DNA from: Acidobacteriaceae bacterium
GTDB taxonomy: Bacteria; Acidobacteriota; Terriglobia; Terriglobales; Acidobacteriaceae
Assembly (NCBI GenBank): GCA_035933805.1
Contig: DASYYO010000279.1
Coordinates: 233 to 64,232, forward strand
Length of the DNA stretch: 64,000 nt
Direction of reading: 5' to 3'
The notes under the pieces: model-generated
What the model saw: the letters and a program-made list of their open reading frames with translations, nothing else
The model's database searches: none
What the model was told of the DNA's origin: nothing
Part shown: positions 20,726 to 30,651 of the stretch, in pieces
How the letters are laid out: the number at the start of each line of letters is the position of its first letter
Position numbering within the stretch: the first letter of the stretch is position 1
Made by a program: the position numbers and the translations under genes

Positions 20726-21595
20726 ATGGCGCAGATCTTTGACCGCAGCTCGAACGCGCTTGCCCGCATGAGCTTGGTCCTGACAGGGTTGATCGTCATC
20801 GCTCTGGGAGTAACGTTGGACCAGTTGCAGCGTTCTCCGTGGGTGACCAGGCAAGGACAGCGCGCCGACCAGCCGGTGCCATTCAGCCACAAGCACCATG
20901 TAACAGGTCTAGGACTCCAGTGCCAGTACTGCCACACCTCGGTGGAGAAGTCCGGCTATGCGGGAATTCCACCGACCAAGACCTGCATGAATTGCCATGC
21001 GCAGATCTGGACCAACGCCGCTCTGCTGCAGCCGGTGAGAACGAGCTGGGCCACGGGAGAATCGATCCCCTGGATCAAAGTGCACGACCTGCCGGATTTT
21101 GTGTACTTCAATCATGAAATTCACGTGAACAAGGGCATCGGGTGTTCCTCCTGCCACGGCCGCGTCGATCTGATGCCGTTGATGTATGCGGAGAATACGC
21201 TGCAGATGGAGTGGTGCCTGAATTGCCATCGCGATCCGGGCAAGAATCTTCGGCCCACATCCGAGATTTACAACATGGCATGGGAAGGTCCTTCGCGGGA
21301 CAAGCCGGTGTGGTGCGGCACGGCCGGAACGAAGGACGGGGTGCCGACGGCGCAGACGGTGGATTGTACGACCACTGATCCGACGCAGACCGGAGCCCAG
21401 GTCGCCTCGCTCGACATGCTGCCCCGAGGCTTCAATGGGCAGGTGAGCGCCAGCGATGCGCCTGGGATGGCGGTTCCAGCGGCGCTCCACTATGCCAAAT
21501 TCACCGATCAAGACTCGCTGGGCAAATTCCTGGTGCAGCAGTACCAGATACGCACTCCCCAGGAGTTGAGCAGCTGCGAGACATGCCACCGATGA
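20726..21595 (+). CDS. actA: Alternative Complex III subunit ActA, pentahaem cytochrome c
   Basis: Five CxxCH motifs (CQYCH, CMNCH, CSSCH, CLNCH, CETCH), an N-terminal TM anchor, and first position in the act cluster. Confidence 0.85.
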   Translation: MAQIFDRSSNALARMSLVLTGLIVIALGVTLDQLQRSPWVTRQGQRADQPVPFSHKHHVTGLGLQCQYCHTSVEKSGYAGIPPTKTCMNCHAQIWTNAALLQPVRTSWATGESIPWIKVHDLPDFVYFNHEIHVNKGIGCSSCHGRVDLMPLMYAENTLQMEWCLNCHRDPGKNLRPTSEIYNMAWEGPSRDKPVWCGTAGTKDGVPTAQTVDCTTTDPTQTGAQVASLDMLPRGFNGQVSASDAPGMAVPAALHYAKFTDQDSLGKFLVQQYQIRTPQELSSCETCHR

Positions 21596-24500
21596 GAGAG
21601 ACACGCGAGAGCGCGGCCCCCGCGGCCAAGACGCACGATCAGCCGCTCAACCTGCAGACGCAAACACCGGACAATAAGGCGATTATGTCAAATCAAAGGA
21701 GCACGGGCGGCAGCGACACGGTTACAATTTCGCCGGCTGCCGGCATGACGCTCACGCTCGAAGAGGCCCGGGCCAGGCTCGCTGGAAAGACAGGCAAGAA
21801 GTATTGGCGGAGCGTAGATGAGCTGGCGGATACGCCGGCATTTCGCCAGGCGCTTGAGCGGGAGTTTCCCTCGCAGGCATCGGAGTGGATTGATCCTGTC
21901 TCCCGGCGCGGATTTTTGAAGGTGATGGGCGCCTCCCTGGCGCTGGCCGGGCTCTCCGGATGCACCAAGCAGCCGGACGAGACGATCTATCCATATGTGA
22001 AGCAGCCGGAGGACCTGGTTCTGGGCCGGCCGGTGTACTTCGCCACTGCATTTCCGTTTCCCACCGGCGCAGTTCCGCTGCTGGTCAAGAGCGATGCCTA
22101 CCGCCCGATCAAGGTCGACGGCAATCCCGAACATCCTTATAACCAAGGAGGCTCGGACCCGATCAGCCAGGGTACTCTGCTCGATCTTTATGACCCGGAC
22201 CGGTCCCAGCGGGTGCTCTACCGCGGCGAGCCGCGGGAGTGGCCTGCATTTCTTGCGGCATTCCGCGCCATGGCGTCGGATAAGAAGGCGAACGGAGGAA
22301 GCGGCCTTTACATACTGAGCGATACCGTGACGTCGCCTACCCTGGCGGCGCAGTGGAAGGCGGCGCAGCAGACCTATCCGAATGCGAAATGGATCCAGTG
22401 GGACCCGGTGAACCGCGATTCGGCGTACGCGGCATCGAAGACGGCATTCGGCGACTACTACGATGCGCAGTACCGGCTCGCCGAGGCCGACGTGATCGTT
22501 TCGCTCGACGCCGATTTCCTCTCTGGCATTACGCATCCCGGTTTCCTGCGGCTGGCGGCAGATTACGCGAAGCGGCGCAGAGTTGGCGCGGATGGCAGCT
22601 TTGCAATGAACCGGCTGTATGCGGTTGAGAGCACGTCGACGACTACGGGCTTCAAGGCCGAGCACCGGTTGGCGCTGAAGGCGAGCGAGGTGCAGAACTT
22701 CGCCGCGGCCCTGGCCGCCGCAGTGGGCGCGCAGTCCGGTGGCGCGGCCTGGGGAAGCGGCGCGCAGCAGAAATTTCTCTCCGCCCTGGCAGCGGACCTG
22801 AAGGCGAACGGCGGCAAGTGCGTGGTGATCGCGGGCGAGCAACAGCCGCCGGCCGTGCACCTGGCTGCGATTGCCATCAATCAGGCTCTGGGCAACGTGG
22901 GCAAAACCGTGGTTTACACCGAGACGGTCAATCCGATGCCGTCCATCCAGGGAGAAGACCTGCGCACCCTGGTTGGCGACATGCAGGGCGGCAAGGTGGA
23001 CTGGCTGGTGATCCTCAATGCCAATCCGGTCTATACCGCGCCTGTGGACCTGCGCTTTGAAGATGCGCTGGGCAAGGTGAAGACGATCGTCCACCTGGGA
23101 TCGCACTTCGACGAGACGGCCGCGGCTGCAGAGTGGCACGTCAACGGCGCGCATTATCTGGAGATGTGGTCGGATGCGCGTGCCTACGACGGGACCTTGA
23201 GCGTGGTTCAGCCGATGATCGATCCGCTCTACGGCGGAAAGTCGGCGCATGAGGTGATCCAGTCGCTGCTTCCCGATCCGGACACGTCGGCCTACCAGGC
23301 GGTGCGCAACAACTGGAGCGCGACCCAGGGAAGCGCAAACCAGGGAGGCGGTCAGGATCAGGCATGGCGCAAGGTTCTGCATGACGGCTTCGTTGCGGGG
23401 AGCGCCTTCAGTCCGAAGACGGTTTCAGCCAAAGTGGGGGCGCTGCCGATGGCTGCGGCGAGCGGAGTGGACGGCACGGTCGAGGTTGTGTTCCGGCCCG
23501 ACCCGAACATCTACGATGGCCGTTATGCCAACGTGGGCTGGCTGCAGGAGATCCCCAAGCCTGTGACCAACATGTCCTGGGACAACGCGGCCCTGATGAG
23601 CTACGCCACGCTGGGCAAATACGGCCTGGCCGAGCAGGACGTGGTGACGATTGAGTCAAACGGCAACAAGGTGCTGGCGCCGGTCTATGCGATCCCCGGC
23701 CACCCGGATGACTCCGTCACGGTCTACCTCGGGTACGGCCGCAGAACGGTGGGCCGCGTGGGCGCGGGCCTGGGCTTCAACGCCTATGCGATCCGGACGT
23801 CGGGATCGCTGCTCTTCGCTCCAGGGGCGAAGCTGAGCAAGACCGGGCAGACCTACGAGTTTGCCGTCACCAAGAGCCACTATACGGATCATCGTTCCAA
23901 GTGGGCGGGCGGCGACGGCACCGGCACGCATTCGCTCGAAGGGAATGAAGCGATGACGCGCGGGATCATCCGCTACGCCACCCTGGAGGAGTTCCAGCGG
24001 GACCCGAACTTCGCTCACGAGGAGACGCCGGCCCCCGAAGATCCGGAGCCGACCGAGTCGATGTTCAGCAACTGGCGTTATGACAAGAACGCCTGGGCGA
24101 TGGCGATCGACATGAACTCCTGCGTCGGCTGCAACGCCTGCATCGTGAGCTGCTATGCGGAGAACAACATTGCGGTCGTGGGCAAGCATAATACCCAGAC
24201 CGGGCGCATCATGCAGTGGATCCGCATCGATACGTATTTCGAAGGGGACCTGGAGGCGCCGCGGGCTCACTTCCAGCCGATGACCTGCCAGCAGTGCGAG
24301 AACGCGCCCTGCGAGCAGGTATGCCCGGTAGGGGCGACGGTGCACACGCCTGAGGGCCTGAACGTGATGGTTTACAACCGCTGCGTGGGAACCCGGTACT
24401 GCTCCAACAACTGCCCGTACAAGGTGCGGCGGTTCAACTTCCTGCTCTACTCCGACTACGAGACCGAGAGTCTCAAACTGATGCGCAACCCGGATGTGAC

Positions 24501-24822
24501 GGTGCGCAGCCGCGGAGTCATGGAGAAATGCAGCTACTGCTCGCAGAGAATCATGGCTGCCAAGATTGCGGCGGATAAGGAAAACCGCGCGGTCCGGGAC
24601 GGCGAGATTGTCACCGCGTGCCAGCAGGCGTGCCCGACCGGAGCGATTGTCTTCGGCAATGTCAATGACAAGGCGAGCCGGGTCTATAAGTTGAAATCGC
24701 AGCAGCGCAATTACGGCGTGCTCGCCGATTTGAATACGCGCCCACGGACGACCTACATTGCGGGCGTCATCAACCCCAATCCGGAATTGGCCGAGGCGCA
24801 GCACGCGCCGGAAAATAGCTGA
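21583..24822 (+). CDS. actB: Alternative Complex III subunit ActB (molybdopterin-oxidoreductase-like domain fused to a 4Fe-4S ferredoxin domain)
   Basis: Tat/lipobox leader SRRGFLKVMGASLALAGLSGC. C-terminal Fe-S Cys clusters CVGCNACIVSC, CQQCENAPCEQVCP, CVGTRYCSNNCP and CSYC...CQQACP. The start is uncertain: ATG 21592 overlaps the actA TGA as ATGA, and 21685 is also possible. Confidence 0.9.
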   Translation: MPPMRETRESAAPAAKTHDQPLNLQTQTPDNKAIMSNQRSTGGSDTVTISPAAGMTLTLEEARARLAGKTGKKYWRSVDELADTPAFRQALEREFPSQASEWIDPVSRRGFLKVMGASLALAGLSGCTKQPDETIYPYVKQPEDLVLGRPVYFATAFPFPTGAVPLLVKSDAYRPIKVDGNPEHPYNQGGSDPISQGTLLDLYDPDRSQRVLYRGEPREWPAFLAAFRAMASDKKANGGSGLYILSDTVTSPTLAAQWKAAQQTYPNAKWIQWDPVNRDSAYAASKTAFGDYYDAQYRLAEADVIVSLDADFLSGITHPGFLRLAADYAKRRRVGADGSFAMNRLYAVESTSTTTGFKAEHRLALKASEVQNFAAALAAAVGAQSGGAAWGSGAQQKFLSALAADLKANGGKCVVIAGEQQPPAVHLAAIAINQALGNVGKTVVYTETVNPMPSIQGEDLRTLVGDMQGGKVDWLVILNANPVYTAPVDLRFEDALGKVKTIVHLGSHFDETAAAAEWHVNGAHYLEMWSDARAYDGTLSVVQPMIDPLYGGKSAHEVIQSLLPDPDTSAYQAVRNNWSATQGSANQGGGQDQAWRKVLHDGFVAGSAFSPKTVSAKVGALPMAAASGVDGTVEVVFRPDPNIYDGRYANVGWLQEIPKPVTNMSWDNAALMSYATLGKYGLAEQDVVTIESNGNKVLAPVYAIPGHPDDSVTVYLGYGRRTVGRVGAGLGFNAYAIRTSGSLLFAPGAKLSKTGQTYEFAVTKSHYTDHRSKWAGGDGTGTHSLEGNEAMTRGIIRYATLEEFQRDPNFAHEETPAPEDPEPTESMFSNWRYDKNAWAMAIDMNSCVGCNACIVSCYAENNIAVVGKHNTQTGRIMQWIRIDTYFEGDLEAPRAHFQPMTCQQCENAPCEQVCPVGATVHTPEGLNVMVYNRCVGTRYCSNNCPYKVRRFNFLLYSDYETESLKLMRNPDVTVRSRGVMEKCSYCSQRIMAAKIAADKENRAVRDGEIVTACQQACPTGAIVFGNVNDKASRVYKLKSQQRNYGVLADLNTRPRTTYIAGVINPNPELAEAQHAPENS

Positions 24823-24837
24823 AAGGTTTAGCGGAGC

Positions 24838-26259
24838 ATGGCGACCAAACCAGAATTACCGGTAAACGATCCGATGCTGGATCCGAAGACGGGCGAGTAT
24901 GTTGTCATCGCGCCCGGGCATACCTTCAAGTCGGTTACCGAAGAGGTCTCCCGCATTGTTCTCACCGGGCATACCCCGCTCGGGTGGTACTTCGGCTTCA
25001 TGGTTGCCGGCAGCATCACGCTCATGCTGCTCACCGCAGTGACCTGGCTGTTCCTGAGAGGCGTGGGAATCTGGGGCCTGGACATTCCGGTCGGCTGGGG
25101 ATTCGCGATCATCAACTTTGTCTGGTGGATCGGAATCGGCCACGCCGGCACGCTGATCTCGGCCATTCTCCTGCTGTTCAAGCAGCAGTGGAGAAACTCG
25201 ATCAACCGCTTCGCAGAGGCGATGACGATCTTCGCCGTGATCTGCGCCGGCATGTTCCCGCTGATCCACGTGGGCCGTCCATGGCTGGGCTACTGGCTGT
25301 TCCCCTATCCCAGCACCATGAACGTCTGGCCGCAGTTCCGCTCCCCGCTGCTGTGGGATGTCTTTGCGGTCTCAACCTACGCGACGATCTCAGTGGTCTT
25401 CTGGTATATCGGCCTGATTCCCGACCTGGGCACGATGCGCGACCGGGCGCAGACAAAGTTTGCGCAGTTCACCTACGGCATGCTGTCGCTCGGCTGGCGC
25501 GGTTCGGCCCGGCACTGGGCGCAGTATGAGACGGCTTCGCTGCTCCTGGCTGGCTTGGCGACGCCGCTGGTGCTCTCTGTGCACACGGTCATCAGCTTCG
25601 ACTTCGCCGTGGCGGTCCTGCCGGGCTGGCACACGACGATCTTTCCGCCCTACTTCGTCGCCGGCGCGATCTACTCCGGCTTCGCGATGGTGATCACGCT
25701 TGCCATCCCGATCCGGAAGTTCTACCACCTGGAAGACCTGATCACCATCCGCCACATCGACAACATGGGCAAGGTGATGCTGGCTACCGGCCTCATCGTG
25801 GCCTATGGCTATTCGATGGAAGTCTTCATGGCCTGGTTCTCGGCGAGCCACTTTGAATTCTTCATGATGTGGAACCGTATGTTCGGCCCCATGGGCTGGG
25901 CGTACTGGGTGCTGATTACCTGCAACATCGCTCTTCCGCAACTGTTGTGGATCCGAAAGCTGCGGGTCAGCCCGGGCAAGATGTTCATCATGTCCCTGAT
26001 TATCAATACGGGCATGTGGTTCGAGCGGTTTGTGATCGTCGTCACCAGCCTGTACCGCGACTTTCTGCCCTCGTCCTGGGGCACCTACCGGGCCACGCGG
26101 TGGGACTATGCGACCTTTGTCGGCACGCTGGGATTGTTCACGGCGCTGTTCTTCCTATTCATCCGGTTCCTGCCCATGATTCCGATGTCCGAGCTGAGAA
26201 TGATGCTGCCTCAGGCCAAGGTCAGAGTGGAACCAGAACCTCTGGAGGCAGGTGACTGA
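24838..26259 (+). CDS. actC: Alternative Complex III subunit ActC (NrfD/PsrC-like quinol-interacting membrane subunit)
   Basis: 473-aa polytopic membrane protein in the canonical position after actB. NrfD-like GIWGLDIPVGWGFAIINFVWWIGIGHAGTLISA. Confidence 0.9.
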   Translation: MATKPELPVNDPMLDPKTGEYVVIAPGHTFKSVTEEVSRIVLTGHTPLGWYFGFMVAGSITLMLLTAVTWLFLRGVGIWGLDIPVGWGFAIINFVWWIGIGHAGTLISAILLLFKQQWRNSINRFAEAMTIFAVICAGMFPLIHVGRPWLGYWLFPYPSTMNVWPQFRSPLLWDVFAVSTYATISVVFWYIGLIPDLGTMRDRAQTKFAQFTYGMLSLGWRGSARHWAQYETASLLLAGLATPLVLSVHTVISFDFAVAVLPGWHTTIFPPYFVAGAIYSGFAMVITLAIPIRKFYHLEDLITIRHIDNMGKVMLATGLIVAYGYSMEVFMAWFSASHFEFFMMWNRMFGPMGWAYWVLITCNIALPQLLWIRKLRVSPGKMFIMSLIINTGMWFERFVIVVTSLYRDFLPSSWGTYRATRWDYATFVGTLGLFTALFFLFIRFLPMIPMSELRMMLPQAKVRVEPEPLEAGD

Positions 26260-26801
26260 TGCCTGTGCGTGAAGGAACCTACGGATTGCTGGCTGAGTTC
26301 GATACGCCAACCGGACTGGTGGTGGCGGCCAAGGCTGCCTATGACTCAGGCTGGCGGCGAATGGACTGTTACACGCCGTACCCGGTCGAAGAGGCGGCGG
26401 AGGCGATCGGCTTCCATCGCAACTATGTGCCGCTGGTCTGCCTGGTCGGAGGCCTGATCGGCCTGGGAGCCATGTTTTTGATGGAGACCTGGATTGCGGT
26501 CTTCGCCTATCCGCTCAATATCGCCGGGCGGCCGCTGTTCTCCTGGCCGGCGTTCATCGTTCCCGCCTATGAGTGGACCATTCTCTGGGCAGGCCTCTCG
26601 GCCGCCTTTGGAATGCTGGCGCTGTGCGGCCTGCCGTCGCTTTATCATCCGGTCTTCAATGCGCCGAACTTCCGCAACGGCGCCAGTACCGACAAGTTTT
26701 TCCTTTGCCTGGAGGCGACCGACCCGAAGTTCTCGGTCGAGGAGTCCCGCGCATTCCTGGAGGAGTTCCAGCCGGCATCCGTTGTGGAGGTGGAGTATTA
26801 A
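26259..26801 (+). CDS. actD: Alternative Complex III subunit ActD (DUF3341)
   Basis: Its start overlaps the actC stop (TGATG). N-terminal GLLAEFDTPTGLVVAAKAAYDSGWRRMDCYTPYPV followed by two TM helices, as in ActD. Confidence 0.8.
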   Translation: MPVREGTYGLLAEFDTPTGLVVAAKAAYDSGWRRMDCYTPYPVEEAAEAIGFHRNYVPLVCLVGGLIGLGAMFLMETWIAVFAYPLNIAGRPLFSWPAFIVPAYEWTILWAGLSAAFGMLALCGLPSLYHPVFNAPNFRNGASTDKFFLCLEATDPKFSVEESRAFLEEFQPASVVEVEY

Positions 26802-26805
26802 GGGC

Positions 26806-27630
26806 ATGAGAGGAATTCGGCAGGAAGGCTCCGGGGTTCGCTCTGCCGCGAGACGCCAGACCTGGATCCTGGGTGCGGGGATGACGGCAATGCTGCTGCT
26901 GTCTGCAGGCTGCCGCCAGGACATGCAGGATGAGCCCAAGTTTGTCCCCCAGCGGGGAACCACCTTCTTTTCCGACAACCGGTCGGTCCGCCCGCAGGTG
27001 GAGCACACGGTGGCTCGCGGTCAGCTTGATCAGGACAGCTACTTCAATACCGGCCTCGAGGGCGGCAAGGAAGCCGATATGATGCCGTTCCCGGTGACCA
27101 TGCAGGTGCTGGCGCGGGGACAGGAGCGCTTCAATATTTATTGCACGCCCTGCCATTCGCGGGTGGGCAACGGCGCCGGGATGATCGTGCAGCGGGGCTA
27201 CAAGCCGGCGGCGAACTTCCATGACGCGCGGCATCTCGCCCAGCCGGTGAGCCACTTTTTCTACGTGATGACGAATGGCTTCGGCGCCATGCCGGACTAC
27301 TCGGCGCAGTTGCCGCCTGCGGATCGCTGGGCGGTGGCCGCTTATATCCGCGCGCTGCAGATGAGCCAGGATGCGGGGACCAGCAGCGTGCCGGCGGGTG
27401 TGCAGGTGCAGGACCTTAAAGATATCGCGCAGCAGGAAGGATACCCGGAGAGCTTCGCCGGGCCCTGGGCGCTGCCGCAGGCTACCCATGCGGTGGCCCA
27501 GCCGGCGGACCCGAGCCAGGGAAATCCCGGGATGGCTCCTGCCAACGAGAACGCTCCGCCGGTCTGGAATGCCGCGCCGGTCAACGCTGAGACGAACGGC
27601 AAGCCCGCGCCGCGCCGCGGCGTGAAATAG
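26806..27630 (+). CDS. actE: Alternative Complex III subunit ActE, monohaem cytochrome c lipoprotein
   Basis: Internal ATG of ORF 26494..27630, 5 nt after the actD stop. Lipobox LLLSAGC and a single CTPCH haem site with MPDY. Confidence 0.8.
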   Translation: MRGIRQEGSGVRSAARRQTWILGAGMTAMLLLSAGCRQDMQDEPKFVPQRGTTFFSDNRSVRPQVEHTVARGQLDQDSYFNTGLEGGKEADMMPFPVTMQVLARGQERFNIYCTPCHSRVGNGAGMIVQRGYKPAANFHDARHLAQPVSHFFYVMTNGFGAMPDYSAQLPPADRWAVAAYIRALQMSQDAGTSSVPAGVQVQDLKDIAQQEGYPESFAGPWALPQATHAVAQPADPSQGNPGMAPANENAPPVWNAAPVNAETNGKPAPRRGVK

Positions 27631-27646
27631 GATTCAGGAAGAAATC

Positions 27647-28936
27647 ATGGCTCACGAGCATCACGCAAATTCGCTTCCCGCGGACCTGAATGCCCCCGCC
27701 TTCGTCGACGGCTGGCGCAAACGGGCTCTGCTGGTAGGCGCAGTGTTCGCTGCCCTCTCGGCCGTGCTTGCGTTTCTCGCGGCAACGGTCGATCACGACG
27801 GCATCCAGCATCTGCTGCGCTCCTACCTGATGGGGTATGCCATCTCCTGGGGCTTCGCCCTGGGCGGGCTGGCGCTTCTGATGGTGCAGTACCTGTCGGG
27901 CGGCAAGTGGGGACTGGTCGTCCGGCGTCCCCTGGAAGCGATGTCGCGCACCCTGCCCATGGTGCTGGTGATGTTTCTGCCGATCGGGCTGGGCATGAAG
28001 CAGCTGTATCTCTGGGCAAGAGTGGCCAACCCGGCGGAGGCGCTGAAGGCGCACCTGATCACCCGCGACCAGGCCAACGCCATCATGGTGAAGCATCCCA
28101 TGCTGAGCATTCCCAGCGTATGGGTGCAAACCCTGATCTGCTTCGGCATCTGGATTGGAATGATGCTCCTGCTCAATCGCTGGTCGCTTGAGCGTGACGC
28201 CGATCCGGAGCGCCGGGTGCGTTTCTGGCAGGTCAAGTTCGAAAATCTGAGCGGCATTGGCGTGGTGATTTACGCCATCACCATGACGGTCTGCGCGATC
28301 GACTGGATCATGTCGCTGAACGTCTCCTGGTACTCGACGATGTACGGCTTCCTGTTCCTGGTGGGGCAGGGGTATGGAGTGCTCGCGCTCGCCATCATGA
28401 CCACCATCCGGCTGTCCAAGGCGGACCCGGTAAAGAGCATCCTGCGCCCGGTGGAGCAGCACGATCTGGGCAAGCTGGCGTTTGCCTTTGTGATGCTGAA
28501 CATCTACATCGCCTTCTCGCAATTCCTGATTATCTGGTCGGGAAATCTTCCCGATGAGATTCCCTGGTACCTGGACCGGATCCGCGGGGGATGGGGCGTG
28601 GTGGGGACTCTGGACTTTATCTTCCACTGGGTGCTGCCCTTCACCCTGCTGCTTTCCCGCGACCTGAAGCGCAACAAGGAGCGGCTGGTGCTGGTGTGCA
28701 AGATCATGATCTTCGCCCGCTGCTGGGATATGTTCTGGCTCATCGAGCCTAACTTCCCGGATGCGGCGCGCAACCTGCACTTCAGCTTTGGGATCCTGGA
28801 ATACGCAACTGTACCGGTAGCGGTGATTTCGTTCTGGATGTGGCTCTACTTCGGTCAACTGCAGAAGCGGCCGCTGATCCAGACGAACGATCCGCACCTC
28901 GATGAGATTTTGGAGGCCGAGCATGCACACGCCTGA
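27647..28936 (+). CDS. actF: Alternative Complex III subunit ActF (ActC-like membrane subunit)
   Basis: 429-aa polytopic membrane protein in the canonical position. Confidence 0.8.
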   Translation: MAHEHHANSLPADLNAPAFVDGWRKRALLVGAVFAALSAVLAFLAATVDHDGIQHLLRSYLMGYAISWGFALGGLALLMVQYLSGGKWGLVVRRPLEAMSRTLPMVLVMFLPIGLGMKQLYLWARVANPAEALKAHLITRDQANAIMVKHPMLSIPSVWVQTLICFGIWIGMMLLLNRWSLERDADPERRVRFWQVKFENLSGIGVVIYAITMTVCAIDWIMSLNVSWYSTMYGFLFLVGQGYGVLALAIMTTIRLSKADPVKSILRPVEQHDLGKLAFAFVMLNIYIAFSQFLIIWSGNLPDEIPWYLDRIRGGWGVVGTLDFIFHWVLPFTLLLSRDLKRNKERLVLVCKIMIFARCWDMFWLIEPNFPDAARNLHFSFGILEYATVPVAVISFWMWLYFGQLQKRPLIQTNDPHLDEILEAEHAHA

Positions 28937-29558
28937 GCCGCAGCGGCCGGATGTCTCCGCCGGGTTTGAAAAGACAGATGTCAACGTCAAGGGCATTCTC
29001 GTCTTCCTGGTTTCGCTTGGAGTCTTTGTCGGCGTCTTCTTCGTGTTCTGCTTCGGCATGGGGAAGGTGATCAATACCGCGATTACCAAGCATGACGGAC
29101 CGCCGAACCAGTGGAACCAGATCGAGTCCAAGCCTTCGCATGGGCTGGAGACTCTGACGTCGAACGCGACGGTCGAGCAGCAGCAGCTGCAGGAGATGAC
29201 GCAACGGTTTCCTTCTCCGCGGCTGCAGATGGACGATGGCGACCAGGACGTAGCGGACCTCCACGCGCGGGAGGATCTCCTGCTCGACCACTACAGCTGG
29301 GTCGACCGCAAGCAGGGCAAGGTGCGGATTCCGATTGAGCGGGCCATGGAGTTGATCGCCAAGTCGGGGCTCCCAGTGGCGCCGGCAGCGCAGACGCAGC
29401 CACTGATGGCCGGAGATAAAGCCCCGGTTGTGCCGATGCCCCTGACGAATGGGTTCGCCCGGACCGGGCACGAGCAAGAAGTTCTGGAGACACTCGAGCA
29501 ACAGCGGGAGCGCAGTGAAAAGCGGACCGACCAGGCTGCTCTGCAGGCGAGCCACTAG
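28923..29558 (+). CDS. uncharacterised single-pass membrane protein between the ACIII and oxidase genes
   Basis: ATG 28923 overlaps the actF end by 14 nt. Translation MHTPEPQRPDVSAGFEKTDVNVKGILVFLVSLGVFVGVFFVFCFGMG shows one TM helix followed by a roughly 150-aa soluble domain. I recognise no motif. Confidence 0.55.
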   Translation: MHTPEPQRPDVSAGFEKTDVNVKGILVFLVSLGVFVGVFFVFCFGMGKVINTAITKHDGPPNQWNQIESKPSHGLETLTSNATVEQQQLQEMTQRFPSPRLQMDDGDQDVADLHAREDLLLDHYSWVDRKQGKVRIPIERAMELIAKSGLPVAPAAQTQPLMAGDKAPVVPMPLTNGFARTGHEQEVLETLEQQRERSEKRTDQAALQASH

Positions 29559-29761
29559 GCTTCGTCTGGTGAAAAGGAAATGGCGGTGGCGGCAAGATCC
29601 CCAATCCGCATGCGCTCGGGTGGATGTCCGAGAGGACGGCAAAGGGTATTCTTGAGAGTGGCCTCCTTCGGCATTTTGGCGTGAGTCCAACGCCTGCCAG
29701 GCGCCAAAACGGAGAGAAGGCGGAACCAATCTCATAGGGTCCCGCCAACGGCAAAGATTTT

Positions 29762-30649
29762 ATGTTGGGAATCGCGAAAATACGGAAAGCGATGCGCGGA
29801 GCGCTAAGCGGCCTCTGCCTCCTCGGTGTGCTGGCGGCGATGACTGCCCATGGGCAGGTTGCCGGCTATGGAGAGAAGTCCATGGGCGACCCGGCGCAGG
29901 ACCATCTTCCGGATTTTCTGCAGAAGGTCAGGATCGACCAGCGGCTGAACCAGCAGCTGCCATTGCAGGCGCCGTTTGTGGATTCAGCCGGCAAGCCGGT
30001 CAAGCTGGGAGATTACTTTGGCAAGCGGCCGGTCATCCTGGCCCTGGTCTATTACCAATGCCAGATTCTCTGCTCCGAGGAGCTGAACGGCCTGGTGGGA
30101 GCCCTGGAGATGGTGCACCTGACGCCCGGCAAAGACTTCGAGATCGTGGTCGCGAGCATTGACCCGTCTGAGGGGCCGGCGCTGGCGCGAGCCAAGAAGG
30201 CAGTCTATGTGAAGCGCTACGGCAGGATGGAGACGGCAAATGGCTGGCACTTTCTGACCGGTCCCGAGTCTTCGATCCAGGCGCTGACGCAGGCCGTGGG
30301 GTTTGGCTACATGAGAGTTGCCGGACCGGATGGCAAGCTCAATCAATTCGCGCACACCAGTTCGCTCGAGATTGTCACGCCGGAAGGACGGCTCGCGCAG
30401 TACTACATGGGCGTGGAGTACTCCCCGAAGGATCTGATGCTGGGCCTGGTGGAAGCGTCTCATCACAAGATCGGCACGCCGGTCGACAACATCATGACGT
30501 ATTGCTACCGTTACGATCCGAAGCTGAACCGGCATAGCCTGGTTGTCGCCCGGATCGTGCAGTTGGGCTGCCTGTTGACCATGATCGGACTGGGCAGCTT
30601 CATGGTGGTGAATTTTCGCCGCGACATAACGCAAGCCGGTAAAGGGTAA
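29762..30649 (+). CDS. SCO1/SenC-family copper chaperone
   Basis: Signal peptide, thioredoxin fold with CxxxC (YYQCQILC), a conserved downstream His (FAHTSS) and a C-terminal TM segment. Sits directly upstream of ctaC. Confidence 0.85.
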   Translation: MLGIAKIRKAMRGALSGLCLLGVLAAMTAHGQVAGYGEKSMGDPAQDHLPDFLQKVRIDQRLNQQLPLQAPFVDSAGKPVKLGDYFGKRPVILALVYYQCQILCSEELNGLVGALEMVHLTPGKDFEIVVASIDPSEGPALARAKKAVYVKRYGRMETANGWHFLTGPESSIQALTQAVGFGYMRVAGPDGKLNQFAHTSSLEIVTPEGRLAQYYMGVEYSPKDLMLGLVEASHHKIGTPVDNIMTYCYRYDPKLNRHSLVVARIVQLGCLLTMIGLGSFMVVNFRRDITQAGKG

Positions 30650-30651
30650 CG

